NCBI GenBank assembly: GCA_023444045.1
Contig: JAEZRQ010000001.1
Coordinates: 2,000 to 65,999, forward strand
DNA length: 64,000 bases
Direction: 5' to 3'
Source of the DNA: Candidatus Parcubacteria bacterium
Lineage (GTDB): Bacteria > Patescibacteriota > Patescibacteriia > Patescibacteriales > UBA12465
A model generated the notes under the pieces. The model was not told the DNA's origin, ran no database searches, and saw only the letters and a program-made list of their open reading frames with translations. Within the stretch, counting starts at the first letter, position 1. Every line of letters starts with the position of its first letter. Positions 63,783 through 64,000 of the stretch are shown piece after piece. A program made the translations under genes and the position numbers.

Positions 63783-64000
63783 ATTTAGCTAATTATAGCT
63801 TAATTATTATTACGCAAATTTTAAAAAGTAAATAGCTAAGCCGTATACAGTCCTATTTTCAAGAAAAACAGCTTAGCAATAGGGTAAGACATAAAACAGG
63901 GCAAACGGCTCAAATTTGACTGTATAGGCCGTGAATATGAGCTGATTTTAGATTATATAGAGGAAGATATCTCTTCCCAATAAAAAAACGGACACCCGAC

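Larger units (their letters stand above)
57130..64000 (-). mobile_element. Integrated element next to tRNA-His (integrative plasmid- or ICE-like; right end not in window)
   Basis: All nine ORFs are on the minus strand. It carries two serine recombinases and a RepA-like ATPase, and is visibly more A+T-rich than the flanking core genes. It abuts the 3' end of tRNA-His. Confidence 0.65.

Noticed and set aside
1-64000. Possibility of an alternative genetic code (UGA recoded, as in some CPR lineages)
   Set aside because: Long conserved genes are intact under the standard code, and TGA serves as the stop in tightly coupled ATGA overlaps (33258-33261, 37385-37388). There is no evidence for recoding.

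Overview
By eye this is a low-GC (about one third G+C), very gene-dense stretch of a streamlined bacterial chromosome read with the standard code. TGA acts as a stop, for example in the ATGA overlaps at 33258 and 37385. The gene content suggests a CPR/Patescibacteria-like organism; this is inference, since no rRNA is present. Supporting content includes many small secreted or membrane proteins, VirB2-like pilin paralogs, several archaeal-flavoured enzymes (translin-like, MJ0936-like, MJ1255-like glycosyltransferase, Trm11-like methylase) and frequent leaderless promoter geometry. Core content: the chromosomal origin neighbourhood (rpmH-rnpA-yidD-yidC diverging from dnaA-dnaN, 49.0-53.5 kb); 12 tRNAs; rpsF-ssb-rpsR-efp; rplS; uvrA, smc, ychF, tsaD, tsaE and trxB; the lipoprotein and export pathway (lgt, lspA, lepB, yidC); PBP1A; and a glycosyltransferase/hydrolase envelope cluster. 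No rRNA, CRISPR array or IS-type transposase was seen. Most notable observations: (1) a tandem array of six VirB2/TrbC-like two-TM pilin paralogs (35.3-37.8 kb), plus a seventh copy at 32.85 kb, with no T4SS machinery in view; (2) a single reading frame holding two complete GspE/PilB ATPase modules at the left edge; (3) an SMC with no recognisable hinge, whose two coiled-coil arms carry mirror-symmetric ~88-90 aa duplications; (4) an AT-rich integrated element next to tRNA-His (57.1 kb to the window end) with two serine recombinases, a RepA-like ATPase and a four-gene orphan membrane-protein operon, where the large recombinase ORF reads antisense through the tRNA; (5) a 307-aa membrane protein made of ~13 short GxSxxQ repeats; (6) a ~760-bp ORF-free region with a near-consensus promoter, triple direct repeats and a long terminator hairpin, a candidate ~430-nt ncRNA. 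All calls come from reading the sequence and the supplied translations; no searches were run.
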